Positions 16,212 through 25,209 of a stretch of DNA of 64,000 nt are shown here, one piece after another. Each line of letters starts with the position of its first letter. Position 1 is the stretch's first letter. Made by a program: the position numbers and the translations under genes. A model generated the notes under the pieces. That model did no database searches, had not been told where the DNA came from, and saw only the letters and a program-made list of their open reading frames with translations. The DNA comes from Alphaproteobacteria bacterium (GTDB lineage Bacteria > Pseudomonadota > Alphaproteobacteria > CAAHEQ01 > UBA3637): assembly GCA_015062385.1 (NCBI GenBank), contig SUUT01000006.1, positions 7,587-71,586 of the forward strand, in the 5' to 3' direction.

Positions 16212-18341
16212 CTATTGTATCAAAATCGCTTGTGCGGTTGATGAGAATACATCTATTGATGCATAAAACGTATTGGCAGGTGCTAGATCTTTATTGGTAT
16301 TTACCTGTGCCAATACAACAAGTTGATTACCTTTTGGTTTTTGTAATGCCATTAATAAATGTTGCCCATGATTATCATAGCATCCGGTATCTTGATCATA
16401 ATGAACCGGTACAAAATTTGAAATAGTTGTATTTGTTAAGATTATCTGATTGTTTGTTACAGTTAAACGACCGCTCCATCTTGGACAGCTTCCTAATTGA
16501 ACACTTGTAGAAATATCTGCTTTTTGATTTGTTCCGATTAATTGCCATACACCGGTTGTAATTGTTGTCGGAAAAGTAAATATTAACGAATTTCCTTTGG
16601 TTAATGAATATGTTCCAACATGATTAGCAATATCTTCATAATATCCGCCTGTTTCAATCGAAACGGTTACGGCACACGCTTTATGTTCATCATTCCAAGT
16701 TGCCCCCTCCGGACACGTAATACACGTTCTGCCATTATCATGTGAACCGGTCGGACAAGTACATCCTGTTTGTGTGGCATTTATGATATACGGTGCTGTA
16801 CACGTTGCACAGGTTGTCCCTGTATCATATGTTCCTGTCGGACAGACACATTTATCGCCTTCACGAGTATAGGGGGCAAAGCACATCGGGCCCCAATCCC
16901 GACATAATGCGTAGTGCGGTCCACCATGATAATCCGTAGAAGAGCTTTGATGTGTATTAACTTTGTTTTGAGATAACCAGAAACAGGCTCGTTGACAAGT
17001 CATATTGCCACTCTGACTCCAAGGATTATAGGTAATCCACGGACCACTTGAATATCCGGCATTTATTAAATTGGTTGTAATTATCTTATATACTGAACTA
17101 TCATATCCGCTACATGTTTGGGCCTGATTGTCAATTGCTAGATTGTTTGTACATCCTAAATCAGGAACGGATACCATTTGTTTCCCCAAAGCTGTACAGA
17201 AGTTAATGGCTGATTCCCAACCTTTATTGCCGTCTCCATAATCTTTTTTAGAGAAATAAAAGTTGACACCGTTAATTTTGAAAGTGATGAAATCCAATTT
17301 TTCACAACGAGCATTGCTAAATGTTCCCGTTTCACAAATATTATCCCCCCGTGTACAGAAATAATTTGTATCATTATTGTACAGTTTATGACAATCATCA
17401 TTCGATTCGCATTCATTCGGCGAACATTCTTTACCATTCCAATACGGCGCAGAACTTGGACAGGCAATACATTCGTTTGTATTAACGGCAAAAACCGGTG
17501 TTGCATCCGGACATTTTTCACATTTGTCTGGATTTGTACTGTTCACATTATAAAATGGGCGTTCATCCGGACACGATTTGCAGGTATTATTTGATGTATC
17601 ACAGACAAGGTTCGGAATTTGACACGTACTGTCATCGATGCATTCAACACATTCTTCATTATGCCATACAGGTGTCATATCCGGACAACGACACGTTGTT
17701 TCATCTTCAAACCATTCTTTGGGCGGATAACACCGTTCGCAATTATCTCCAAATTCATATTCGTGACGACAAACACAACCATATGTACCATCTTCTTTTT
17801 GTCGCCATACCATTTTATCGGGGCAGGATTGCGGTTCAATATTTGGATTATCCGTTTCTGTTTCAGTGGTTCCGCCGAAATGACTGTCTGAATTAACAAC
17901 CGGAATTGCATTAAAAGAAAACACCATATTTGTTTTGCTGTTTGGATTTCCGCACGTTCTTGTTAAAATTGAAATACCCATATCATTCAATATACCTTCC
18001 TTTTGAAGGAGTTTTTCACAAACCTTATAAACCACTTTAAATGTCGTTACCTGATAATTACTATTAACCAACTTGACCATGGACTTTTTGTCATCAGGGA
18101 CATATTCGGAAAGTGCTGATTTAATAAACCGATTGACTTCCAATGCATGAGAAGCCCGAGAATCTGTTTGTGCCAATGTTTTGGCTTTTCCGAGAACATC
18201 CTGCACTTTGCCGGCTTGATAAGCCGTTAACGCATATTGGTAAGTAGCAACACCGGCAACAGATAATACACCGATAATTGCCAATACCCCTAGCATTTCC
18301 ACCATACTTCGTCCGGTTTCATTCAGTTTGATTTTAAACAT
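16212..18341 (-). CDS. type IV pilin-like N-terminus fused to Cys-rich ectodomain with lectin-like insert
   Basis: MFKIKLNETG|RSMVEMLGVLAIIGVLSVAG has a Gly, Glu at +5 and a hydrophobic helix. The RBS is gggaggag. It has dense C-x-x-C / C-x-C repeats, a W-x-S-A-x-x-F-C-x-x-x-G module, and a Cys-poor beta-rich C-terminal ~140 aa. Confidence 0.8.
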   Translation of the reverse strand: MFKIKLNETGRSMVEMLGVLAIIGVLSVAGVATYQYALTAYQAGKVQDVLGKAKTLAQTDSRASHALEVNRFIKSALSEYVPDDKKSMVKLVNSNYQVTTFKVVYKVCEKLLQKEGILNDMGISILTRTCGNPNSKTNMVFSFNAIPVVNSDSHFGGTTETETDNPNIEPQSCPDKMVWRQKEDGTYGCVCRHEYEFGDNCERCYPPKEWFEDETTCRCPDMTPVWHNEECVECIDDSTCQIPNLVCDTSNNTCKSCPDERPFYNVNSTNPDKCEKCPDATPVFAVNTNECIACPSSAPYWNGKECSPNECESNDDCHKLYNNDTNYFCTRGDNICETGTFSNARCEKLDFITFKINGVNFYFSKKDYGDGNKGWESAINFCTALGKQMVSVPDLGCTNNLAIDNQAQTCSGYDSSVYKIITTNLINAGYSSGPWITYNPWSQSGNMTCQRACFWLSQNKVNTHQSSSTDYHGGPHYALCRDWGPMCFAPYTREGDKCVCPTGTYDTGTTCATCTAPYIINATQTGCTCPTGSHDNGRTCITCPEGATWNDEHKACAVTVSIETGGYYEDIANHVGTYSLTKGNSLIFTFPTTITTGVWQLIGTNQKADISTSVQLGSCPRWSGRLTVTNNQIILTNTTISNFVPVHYDQDTGCYDNHGQHLLMALQKPKGNQLVVLAQVNTNKDLAPANTFYASIDVFSSTAQAILIQ

Positions 18342-18380
18342 TTGGCTCCTCCCTACAAAAAAACTACTACTTTATATTAT

Positions 18381-18536
18381 AAAAAAAGGTACCTTTTTTT
18401 CCCGCTTCGAATCGAAAGAATCGGATTTTTAAGAAAATGAAAAATTATTGTTTTTATTGAATTGGTTAGTTAAAATCAAAAAAAATGTCAAAATGTGAAA
18501 AAAATTGTTGCATTTATACGTACCTTTTTGTACAGA
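18381..18536 (-). promoter_or_regulatory. conserved upstream element, copy A
   Basis: This is the reverse complement of 27526-27678. It ends in the perfect palindrome aaaaaaaggtaccttttttt (18381-18400). It also contains an A8/T8 tract and the tctgtacaaaaaggtacgta box. Confidence 0.75.
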
Positions 18537-18743
18537 CATATATTTTTTATTATGGCATTCTTTTGAACCTGCCGTCTGTCCTGTTGAACTTGTTTCAACA
18601 TTGCGGATAGAATTGGAATGGATATTTTTTTACCATTATCGTAATGAACCGCTGAAACAAATTCAAGGTTGTTGCTTAAAAGTGTGATAAATAAATGACG
18701 AAAAACTAAAAAGAGGGAAGAATCAGCACAAATAATATGCTAT
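18381..18743. repeat. left arm of a ~360-bp inverted repeat (upstream element plus REP units 18571-18743)
   Basis: The reverse complement aligns with 27322-27678 with only scattered mismatches and small indels, by eye. Confidence 0.85.
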
Positions 18744-18961
18744 TTTACATAAAAACCCTAAAATAATGCAAGAATAAGGGGCAAAAGTGTAAAAATACAC
18801 AAAAAAATTAATCACTGTAATGCTAAAAAATATAAAGAATAAATCTGATTTAGAATAGAAACAAAAAAAATACAAAAAAATTTAATATATTTTTTATTTA
18901 AAGAAAAAAAATTATTTTTTTTTGAAAAAAATGCTTTATGTACTTGCATAATTAAAAATTT

Positions 18962-19231
18962 TAAGATACATTACCTTTCGTAAAGATGGCCAATCTTTAC
19001 AGGGATTTTGCGATCCGAGACTTATGTACAGAATTTGAACGAAAATTTATCACGTTCTATAAGTTTTATCAACTAAAGTTCTGTTGGCATCCTCTTACGA
19101 GAAGTAAAAAAAATACCTATCTCTGGGTGGATGCCTGCCTAATAAGGGGGACTCCCCAAATAAGCAGGGCTATTCTCACATAAGTCGTAGTTGCAAACAT
19201 CCACCCACCTTTTAACAGGTGGGTTGTTTTT
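18962..19231 (+). ncRNA. structured 5' leader or small RNA with competing antiterminator and terminator helices
   Basis: tgggtggatg (19124-19133) pairs with catccaccca (19198-19207), enclosing a nested hairpin (cctgc..ggggg-act-cccc..gcagg). The 3' strand overlaps terminator stem acccacct/aggtgggt (19203-19224), which is followed by tgttttt. An 8-bp hairpin gtaaagat-ggcca-atctttac lies near the 5' end. The 5' boundary is a guess based on a weak promoter-like ttgaaa...cataat at 18922-18952. Confidence 0.5.
19203..19231 (+). terminator. rho-independent terminator within the leader
   Basis: acccacct-tttaac-aggtgggt is followed by tgttttt, 31 nt before ATG 19262. Confidence 0.7.
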
Positions 19232-19261
19232 AGTGTTTAACCGTCAACCCATTCGTGTTCA

Positions 19262-19687
19262 ATGTATAAACAATGCTCTTTTTATGAATATGGTTTTCAA
19301 AAATTATCAATTCTTGAAAAACAACAGCTGATAAATATTATCAGTATGTTAATTATTAATTATGATGTAAATGCATTTTACATCAATCCACAGAATGAAT
19401 TTAATCTCGAAGCGGCATCAATTATTTGGAACATAAAAAAAGGTCTTCAAAATTATATTCAACTGGATCTTTTTCCCTTAAATACCGAAGCACACGATTC
19501 GGTATCAATTAAGCAACCATCTCAAATTCAGTATAAAGTTGTTTACGCTAATACCAAACATCACAGTACGTTTTACATTCAAAAAATACAAGACAATAAA
19601 ATTACTTTGTTACATTCAGCCGATATTTTTATTGAAACGGAAAATGATAAAATTATTTCCCGACAACGACATTCGTTATTACAATAA
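19262..19687 (+). CDS. hypothetical protein (141 aa)
   Basis: An ORF with no recognisable motif, first gene after the structured leader. Confidence 0.45.
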   Translation: MYKQCSFYEYGFQKLSILEKQQLINIISMLIINYDVNAFYINPQNEFNLEAASIIWNIKKGLQNYIQLDLFPLNTEAHDSVSIKQPSQIQYKVVYANTKHHSTFYIQKIQDNKITLLHSADIFIETENDKIISRQRHSLLQ

Positions 19688-19787
19688 TCTATCAGTAGCA
19701 ATGTGTTTTTTGTTGACATTTTTCGCAATATATGATACATATTTGCACATAAACATCAATTAAATGTGATAACAAAAGGGACAATGT

Positions 19788-20423
19788 ATGTCAAAATCGT
19801 TGCTTCAAAATCCGATTTTTCTTGAATCATTTCAAATTAACAACAATCGCCTTTCTTTTGTGTATGCCAATATGCCTGCACAAGAAATACTGCCTGTTAT
19901 GCCTGTTTTATTAGTTCGAGGACAAAAAACAGTTTCGCATCCTAATGAATTGACACGAATTGAAAAAATCGGATATACAACGTATGGACAAGTCCTCAAT
20001 TACTTAAATCAACACCAAGCTGACACGCCTGATTATCCCGAAAACAACAACGTGGAAAAATTTTTGATTCAAAAATCCATTGATGCCCATCAAAACAAAC
20101 ACATTACTTATTTATTGCCGATACAAGACATTCAACGGCATCCGTTAGGCGGAATGCTTTTTATAAAAACCCGCATGGCAGACGGCACAAAGCATACCCG
20201 TTTTGTCGGCACAGTCGGCATGATGAAATTCCAACTGTTAAAGCACAAAGCCATTCCGTTGGATAAAGCACCGTTATACCCGTTCAAAACAGATGAAAAA
20301 CCGATTATTCCGGATACATCATTTACATTTTCTAATTATCGGTTTGTTCCAATTACACCAAATTTAACAAGCGCCGTTAAATTAGCTCGTATCAGATATG
20401 CCTGTCAACATCAACCGGAATAA
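19788..20423 (+). CDS. hypothetical protein (211 aa)
   Basis: An ORF with an RBS (aaagggacaatgtatg). No family was recognised. Confidence 0.5.
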   Translation: MSKSLLQNPIFLESFQINNNRLSFVYANMPAQEILPVMPVLLVRGQKTVSHPNELTRIEKIGYTTYGQVLNYLNQHQADTPDYPENNNVEKFLIQKSIDAHQNKHITYLLPIQDIQRHPLGGMLFIKTRMADGTKHTRFVGTVGMMKFQLLKHKAIPLDKAPLYPFKTDEKPIIPDTSFTFSNYRFVPITPNLTSAVKLARIRYACQHQPE

Positions 20424-20428
20424 AAAAA

Positions 20429-20947
20429 ATGTCATTTAAAACAAACGATACTTTATGGGATACAGTCAAACGCTTTATTAGCGGTATTTTTTGGCAATTA
20501 CCATGGTTGAGTGCCGTTGGTGGTGGTTCGTGGTTTGTTAAACAAAATTTACAAACATATTTGGAAACTTATTTTGATTTATTTTTATATCAAAAAAACG
20601 CCATTGATTTACAAGAACGAACCGAAGCCGTTCAGGCAACATTATCCTTAACAAATCCGTTACGCTATGCCGATTACATCTCGGCACTATCGGCAAGTAC
20701 GTTTGCTTCTGCCAAAGCCTCAACAGTAGAACAAGCTATTCATTTAATCAGCGGATTGACAAACGGTATTTTATCCGTTGTTTGGGTTATTGCCTGTATT
20801 TATGCCGTTATTCGTGTGTTTAAACATGTCAACCAAAAAACAATGGAAAATGATATTGCTAATCAGGTTGTGGAAAAATTATTACCTATTTTGGAAGATA
20901 TTCAATATCAGTCTTATCAGGCAAACACGTCAAAAAAAGCAGAATAA
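20429..20947 (+). CDS. hypothetical membrane protein (172 aa, 2 TM)
   Basis: It starts 5 nt after the preceding stop. The TM helices are FISGIFWQLPWLSAVGGGSWFV and ILSVVWVIACIYAVIRVF. Confidence 0.5.
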   Translation: MSFKTNDTLWDTVKRFISGIFWQLPWLSAVGGGSWFVKQNLQTYLETYFDLFLYQKNAIDLQERTEAVQATLSLTNPLRYADYISALSASTFASAKASTVEQAIHLISGLTNGILSVVWVIACIYAVIRVFKHVNQKTMENDIANQVVEKLLPILEDIQYQSYQANTSKKAE

Positions 20948-21035
20948 AAATCTGATACCTTATCTCAAAGAATGGTATTTTAGCATTTAATGATACTTAT
21001 TATTGATTTTTTTACCGAGTTCTCATAGTAGAATT

Positions 21036-21590
21036 TCATTTATTCCACGGACATTTCATCAACATTTTTTCAATTTGATTTTGTCCCAAAATACCCTGTA
21101 TAATTAAAATAAAACCAATCATTACGGGCAATATTAAAAAAATCATACTCATTAAAAAACACAATACAAAACCTGTTAAAATAATAATGCCGACAATCAG
21201 GTCTTTTTGTTGTTGCATATTCCAGTAATGATGTTCAATCATTCGTAAACCACTTGTTTTTGCTTGTATAATACCACCGGTAAGAATGGCAACATTTGGA
21301 TAATCTGCCTCAATAAATTTTTGTGCCATTTGTCGTGATTTTTCACCTGTCGTACACAAAATATATAATGTTTTTGAACCATCTAAATGATATTGTCTTA
21401 TAAATTCTTTGGGATTAACATCATCAGCTTCAACATGCCAGTGTGGATATTTTAAAGCTATTTTGGAATGACGGATATGAGAACGAATATCTAAAATCAA
21501 ATCAGTTTCTTTTAATTGACGAGCATCTATTTGTTTGATTTTAGTCCGATTGAGTTCTGAATTTTTAAATGTTTTTAAATTTTTTATCAC
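21036..21590 (-). CDS. membrane-anchored rhodanese-domain protein (YgaP-like)
   Basis: The rhodanese fold has the active-site loop LCTTGEKS. The C-terminal pair of TM helices (LIVGIIILTGFVLCFLMSMIFLILPVMIGFILII) matches the architecture of E. coli YgaP. Confidence 0.7.
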   Translation of the reverse strand: MIKNLKTFKNSELNRTKIKQIDARQLKETDLILDIRSHIRHSKIALKYPHWHVEADDVNPKEFIRQYHLDGSKTLYILCTTGEKSRQMAQKFIEADYPNVAILTGGIIQAKTSGLRMIEHHYWNMQQQKDLIVGIIILTGFVLCFLMSMIFLILPVMIGFILIIQGILGQNQIEKMLMKCPWNK

Positions 21591-21679
21591 AACGCCCCCA
21601 TTCTGATATTATAAATAATCTGTACATTATGAATGTCAATCCAACCAAAAGCATCATCAACAATCAAAAATTTTGTATT

Positions 21680-21843
21680 TCTGTAAAAAAAGGGACGTAT
21701 AATTGCAACACTTTTTTTCACTTTTTAGCATTTTTTTTGATTTTAACTAACTTATTAAACTAAAAGAATAATCTTTCATTTTTGCCGAAAGTTGATTTTC
21801 CCGATTCGAATAGGGAAAAAAAGGTCCCTTTTTGTATACACAA
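21680..21843 (+). promoter_or_regulatory. conserved upstream element, copy D (most diverged)
   Basis: tctgtaaaaaaagggacgtataattgcaacactttttttcac...T8...gattttaactaa...gattcgaatagggaaaaaaaggtcccttttt is collinear with copies A-C. The palindrome is degraded to ggtccc. Confidence 0.65.
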
Positions 21844-21873
21844 TTAGTGTACAACCAAACACATGGAGGAAAT

Positions 21874-22242
21874 ATGAAAAAAATACTATTATTAGCAACT
21901 CTTTCTATCATCTTGCCAAGTATAGCATGGGGAGCCTGTGAAGGTGGAGAAGAATTTACCGGTAAAAATGGTCATGTATATTGTAAAAGCAATCAATATA
22001 TGAATTGGTGGAGTGCTTTTGCTTGGTGCAAAGCAAACGGTCGTCATTTAGTGACTTTGGATGAAGCATGCAATAATAATTCTTGGATAAACGGTTGTCC
22101 AAATATTTTTTTAGACGTAGATCGGTTTGGTTGGACTTCAATCGCATCAGGGGATCAACACGCCTATCGTGTTCATTTTAAATATGCCACTGTTAGCACA
22201 GCAGGGAGAGCTGGCGAGTACTGTACTGCTCTTTGCTATTAA
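21874..22242 (+). CDS. small secreted Cys-rich lectin-like protein
   Basis: The start is taken at ATG 21874, behind ggagga. It has a Sec signal (MKKILLLATLSIILPSIAWG|A). NWWSAFAWCKANGRHLVTLDEAC ... EYCTALC parallels GWESAINFCTALGKQMVSVPDLGC ... HYALC in 16212..18341. Confidence 0.6.
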   Translation: MKKILLLATLSIILPSIAWGACEGGEEFTGKNGHVYCKSNQYMNWWSAFAWCKANGRHLVTLDEACNNNSWINGCPNIFLDVDRFGWTSIASGDQHAYRVHFKYATVSTAGRAGEYCTALCY

Positions 22243-22346
22243 ATTTGTCTGAAAATGTTATTTTAATTAATGAGTGATAATTAATTGAATTGAATCCGTT
22301 TTTAATGACTGTATAAATTTTTCTTAATAAATAGATGACCCTAATA

Positions 22347-22380
22347 TAAAAAAACGCCGATATAAATCAGCGTTTTTTTA
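22347..22380. terminator. bidirectional terminator between convergent genes
   Basis: aaaaaaacgc-cgatataaatca-gcgttttttt. Confidence 0.7.
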
Positions 22381-22431
22381 TTACGTAAAAAGACAAATGA
22401 CACATTGTTTCTGTGTCGCCCCCTAAAAGGT

Positions 22432-23208
22432 TTAATCATCCATATATTTACGGCCGGATTTCCAGTAATCATAACCGGTCATAACCGTTAAAATAGCAGC
22501 CCCCCATAAGGCTAACTGTCCAACATAATAAAACACATCAGAAAATTGTCCGCTGACCCCCGGTTCGGAAACCATTAACATCGGCAAGGCACACATTTGA
22601 CAGGCTGTTTTCCATTTTGCTAAACGAGTGACCGGACAACCGACTTTAATTTCTGCCAAAAATTCACGCAGACCGGAAACCAAAATTTCACGGCACAAAA
22701 TAATAACTGCCGGAATAATACCGTAATCGCCTAAACGTGCCGTAAATGCCAACATCAACAAAATAGCCCCGACAAGCAATTTATCGGCAATCGGATCTAA
22801 CACCCGACCAAAACGGGACAACTGATTTAAATGTCTTGCCAAATAGCCGTCCATATAATCACTAATACCGGCTAAACCAAACAAAACAACGCCTATCCAA
22901 GCCGCAGTCGGTTTATCAAAAAAGAATGTTGCGACAATAGCCGGAATGGCCCAAATGCGAAACAATGTCAACATGTTGGGAATATTAACCTGTTTATGTA
23001 CCTTTTTTAAGGTATCAATTGTTTGCGTTGCTTTTTCTTGAATCATTTCTTTTACATCACTCGGGGCAGAAATAACGACTTCTTCCGTTGTGGACGATTC
23101 GGAAACACCTTGGGTTTCGCTTTGAATTTCTTCCGATATTTCCTGCACTTCTTTTGTATTGTTTTTTAAGACTTTTTTATCTTCTTTTGTTATTTTTTTG
23201 TCTGCCAT
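22432..23208 (-). CDS. pgsA: CDP-diacylglycerol--glycerol-3-phosphate 3-phosphatidyltransferase with acidic N-terminal extension
   Basis: It has the CDP-alcohol phosphatidyltransferase motif DYMDGYLARHLNQLSRFGRVLDPIADK and multiple TM helices. About 70 extra E/K/S-rich residues sit at the N-terminus. Confidence 0.85.
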   Translation of the reverse strand: MADKKITKEDKKVLKNNTKEVQEISEEIQSETQGVSESSTTEEVVISAPSDVKEMIQEKATQTIDTLKKVHKQVNIPNMLTLFRIWAIPAIVATFFFDKPTAAWIGVVLFGLAGISDYMDGYLARHLNQLSRFGRVLDPIADKLLVGAILLMLAFTARLGDYGIIPAVIILCREILVSGLREFLAEIKVGCPVTRLAKWKTACQMCALPMLMVSEPGVSGQFSDVFYYVGQLALWGAAILTVMTGYDYWKSGRKYMDD

Positions 23209-23256
23209 TTTTTATCCTCTCACCCTAATAAAATTACGCTCTTTTATCTTTATAAC

Positions 23257-25083
23257 TCAATCATGATAAAATGTATAGACTTTTTTTGCAATTTTTTCAC
23301 TTATTCCTTCAACACGCTGAATTTGTTCCAAAGAAGCCCCCGCAATTGCCTTAGGAGAACCAAAATGTCGCAATAATGCTTTTTTTCTTTTTTCCCCGAT
23401 TCCTTCAATATCCAATATGGTTTCATGAAACATATTTTTTGCCCGTTTCATTCGGTGCGTTCCAATAGCAAATCGATGGGCTTCATCTCTTAACCGCTGA
23501 ATTAAATGAATTAAATCACTTTTTAAATCTAAATGAATGGGGGTATTCGGATTACTGCCGTGAAAAAGCGTTTCTTTACCGGCATTACGTTGTTCCCCTT
23601 TGGCAACAGCCAACAAGGCGATTGAATGAATACCCAATTCGTCCATCATTGCCTGAACGGCAGACAGTTGTCCTTTTCCACCGTCAATCAACATGGCAGT
23701 CGGTAAATCTTTTTCAACTACACCCCGAGATAATCGCCGATACATAACTTCTTTCATCATACCGAAATCATCATTTGTTTTAGCCCGTGAGCCGTCAATA
23801 TTATACCGCCGATACCATTTTTTTTGAAAACCGTCCTGATTGGCGGCAATCATGGCACCGACAGCTGCTGTTCCCTGAATATGACTGTTATCATAGACTT
23901 CCACCTTTTCCAAAATGGGAACATTTAACAACTGCCTTAATTCTTCCCATACCTGTGCTTTAATTTCTTTTTCGTTTTGTGTTTGTTTAAAAGAACGTTT
24001 TGCGTTTTCAAGTGCTTGCTCCATTAATTTTTTACGAGTTCCTTTAAACGGCCCTGTTCCGATGTGAACAGTATAACCGGCTTTTTGAGAAAGAGCCTCA
24101 GCCAATCCGTTTTCGGGTAAAATGGATAAATAAATTTGTCGGGGAGCCGGAATCTTGTCATACACTTGCATCAGATATGAGGATAAAACCTCATTTAAGT
24201 TGTCATTATTTATATCTTGAAAAAACTGAATTAAATTACCTTCCGCTCGACCCGTTCGATATAAAAACACCTGAATACACCCTTTTCCGTTTTCGGTATA
24301 AACGGCAACAATATCCGTTTGTTTTAAAGGCGTAGCGGAATCCGTATCCTGAATATGATTTAACGCCAATATCTTATCCCGAACGACAGCCGCTTCCTCA
24401 TAGCGAAAATCAGCCGCCAATTCATCCATCTGTTGTTGCAGAACCTTTTGAATACCGACATGTTCGCCCCTCATAAATGCTTTTGCATTTTGAACGCTTT
24501 TTTCATAATCTGCCGATGATATACATTGACAACACGGACCGGAACACCGTTTAATTTGGTAAAGCAGACACGGTCGAGAACGATTTTTGTAATAGGTGTT
24601 ATTACAGGTACGCAATCCGAATATTTTTTGTAGCTCTTTAATGGTTTGATTAACCGCCAAAACAGATGAAAACGGACCAAAATATGTTCCCTTTATCCGT
24701 CTTTCTCCTCGATATTTCAACAAACGAGCAGGCGTTTCATCCGTTAACACAATATACGGATAACTTTTATCATCCTTCAAAAGAATATTGTAAAATGGCT
24801 TATATTGCTTAATTAAATCATTTTCCAACAAAAATGCTTCCGTTTCACCGGCGGTTTCAATCACAATCAAATCGGCAACCTGCGAAACCATTTGACGGAT
24901 ACGATTAGATAACCGTTCCGTTTGAGTATAATTTGTCAGTCTGTTTTTTAAATTTTTGGCTTTGCCGACATACAAAACCGTGCCGGTCTCGTCTATCATC
25001 CGATAAACACCGGCTTTGTGTGAAACATACTTAATTTTTTGGCGTAATATATCAACGCCTTGTAATTTGTTTTCAGTACCCAT
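23257..25083 (-). CDS. uvrC: excinuclease ABC subunit C
   Basis: It has an N-terminal GIY-YIG domain (GVYRMIDETGTVLYVGKAKNLKNRL), a UVR domain, an endonuclease V-like domain and a C-terminal (HhH)2. Confidence 0.95.
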   Translation of the reverse strand: MGTENKLQGVDILRQKIKYVSHKAGVYRMIDETGTVLYVGKAKNLKNRLTNYTQTERLSNRIRQMVSQVADLIVIETAGETEAFLLENDLIKQYKPFYNILLKDDKSYPYIVLTDETPARLLKYRGERRIKGTYFGPFSSVLAVNQTIKELQKIFGLRTCNNTYYKNRSRPCLLYQIKRCSGPCCQCISSADYEKSVQNAKAFMRGEHVGIQKVLQQQMDELAADFRYEEAAVVRDKILALNHIQDTDSATPLKQTDIVAVYTENGKGCIQVFLYRTGRAEGNLIQFFQDINNDNLNEVLSSYLMQVYDKIPAPRQIYLSILPENGLAEALSQKAGYTVHIGTGPFKGTRKKLMEQALENAKRSFKQTQNEKEIKAQVWEELRQLLNVPILEKVEVYDNSHIQGTAAVGAMIAANQDGFQKKWYRRYNIDGSRAKTNDDFGMMKEVMYRRLSRGVVEKDLPTAMLIDGGKGQLSAVQAMMDELGIHSIALLAVAKGEQRNAGKETLFHGSNPNTPIHLDLKSDLIHLIQRLRDEAHRFAIGTHRMKRAKNMFHETILDIEGIGEKRKKALLRHFGSPKAIAGASLEQIQRVEGISEKIAKKVYTFYHD

Positions 25084-25209
25084 ACCTTAATAATATGGCA
25101 TTTATCGTAAAAATCAATTATTATTCTTTAAAAATTAAAAAAAAGTAATTTGTTTAACATCTGTTAATTATTTATATTGTATAAATGTAAAATATATAGA
25201 GGGGATTTT

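Noticed and set aside
17156-17911. Nested ORFs on both strands within 16212..18341.
   Set aside because: The same reasoning applies. They have no RBS and odd composition, and they are fully contained in a well-supported long ORF.
18986-19183. 65-aa ORF inside the structured leader.
   Set aside because: It has no RBS, it overlaps the predicted helices, and its composition is not protein-like. It is treated as non-coding.
18962-19231. Identity of the structured RNA as a T-box, two-piece tmRNA, 6S, SRP or RNase P RNA.
   Set aside because: A GGGTGG stretch resembles the T-box core, but the helix spacing, the missing specifier architecture and the downstream genes do not fit. No tag-like reading frame ending in Ala-Ala, no tRNA-like T-arm and none of the conserved SRP or RNase P boxes were seen.
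21569-21763. 64-aa ORF in the rhodanese upstream region.
   Set aside because: It overlaps the conserved upstream element (copy D) and AT-rich intergenic DNA, and it has no RBS.
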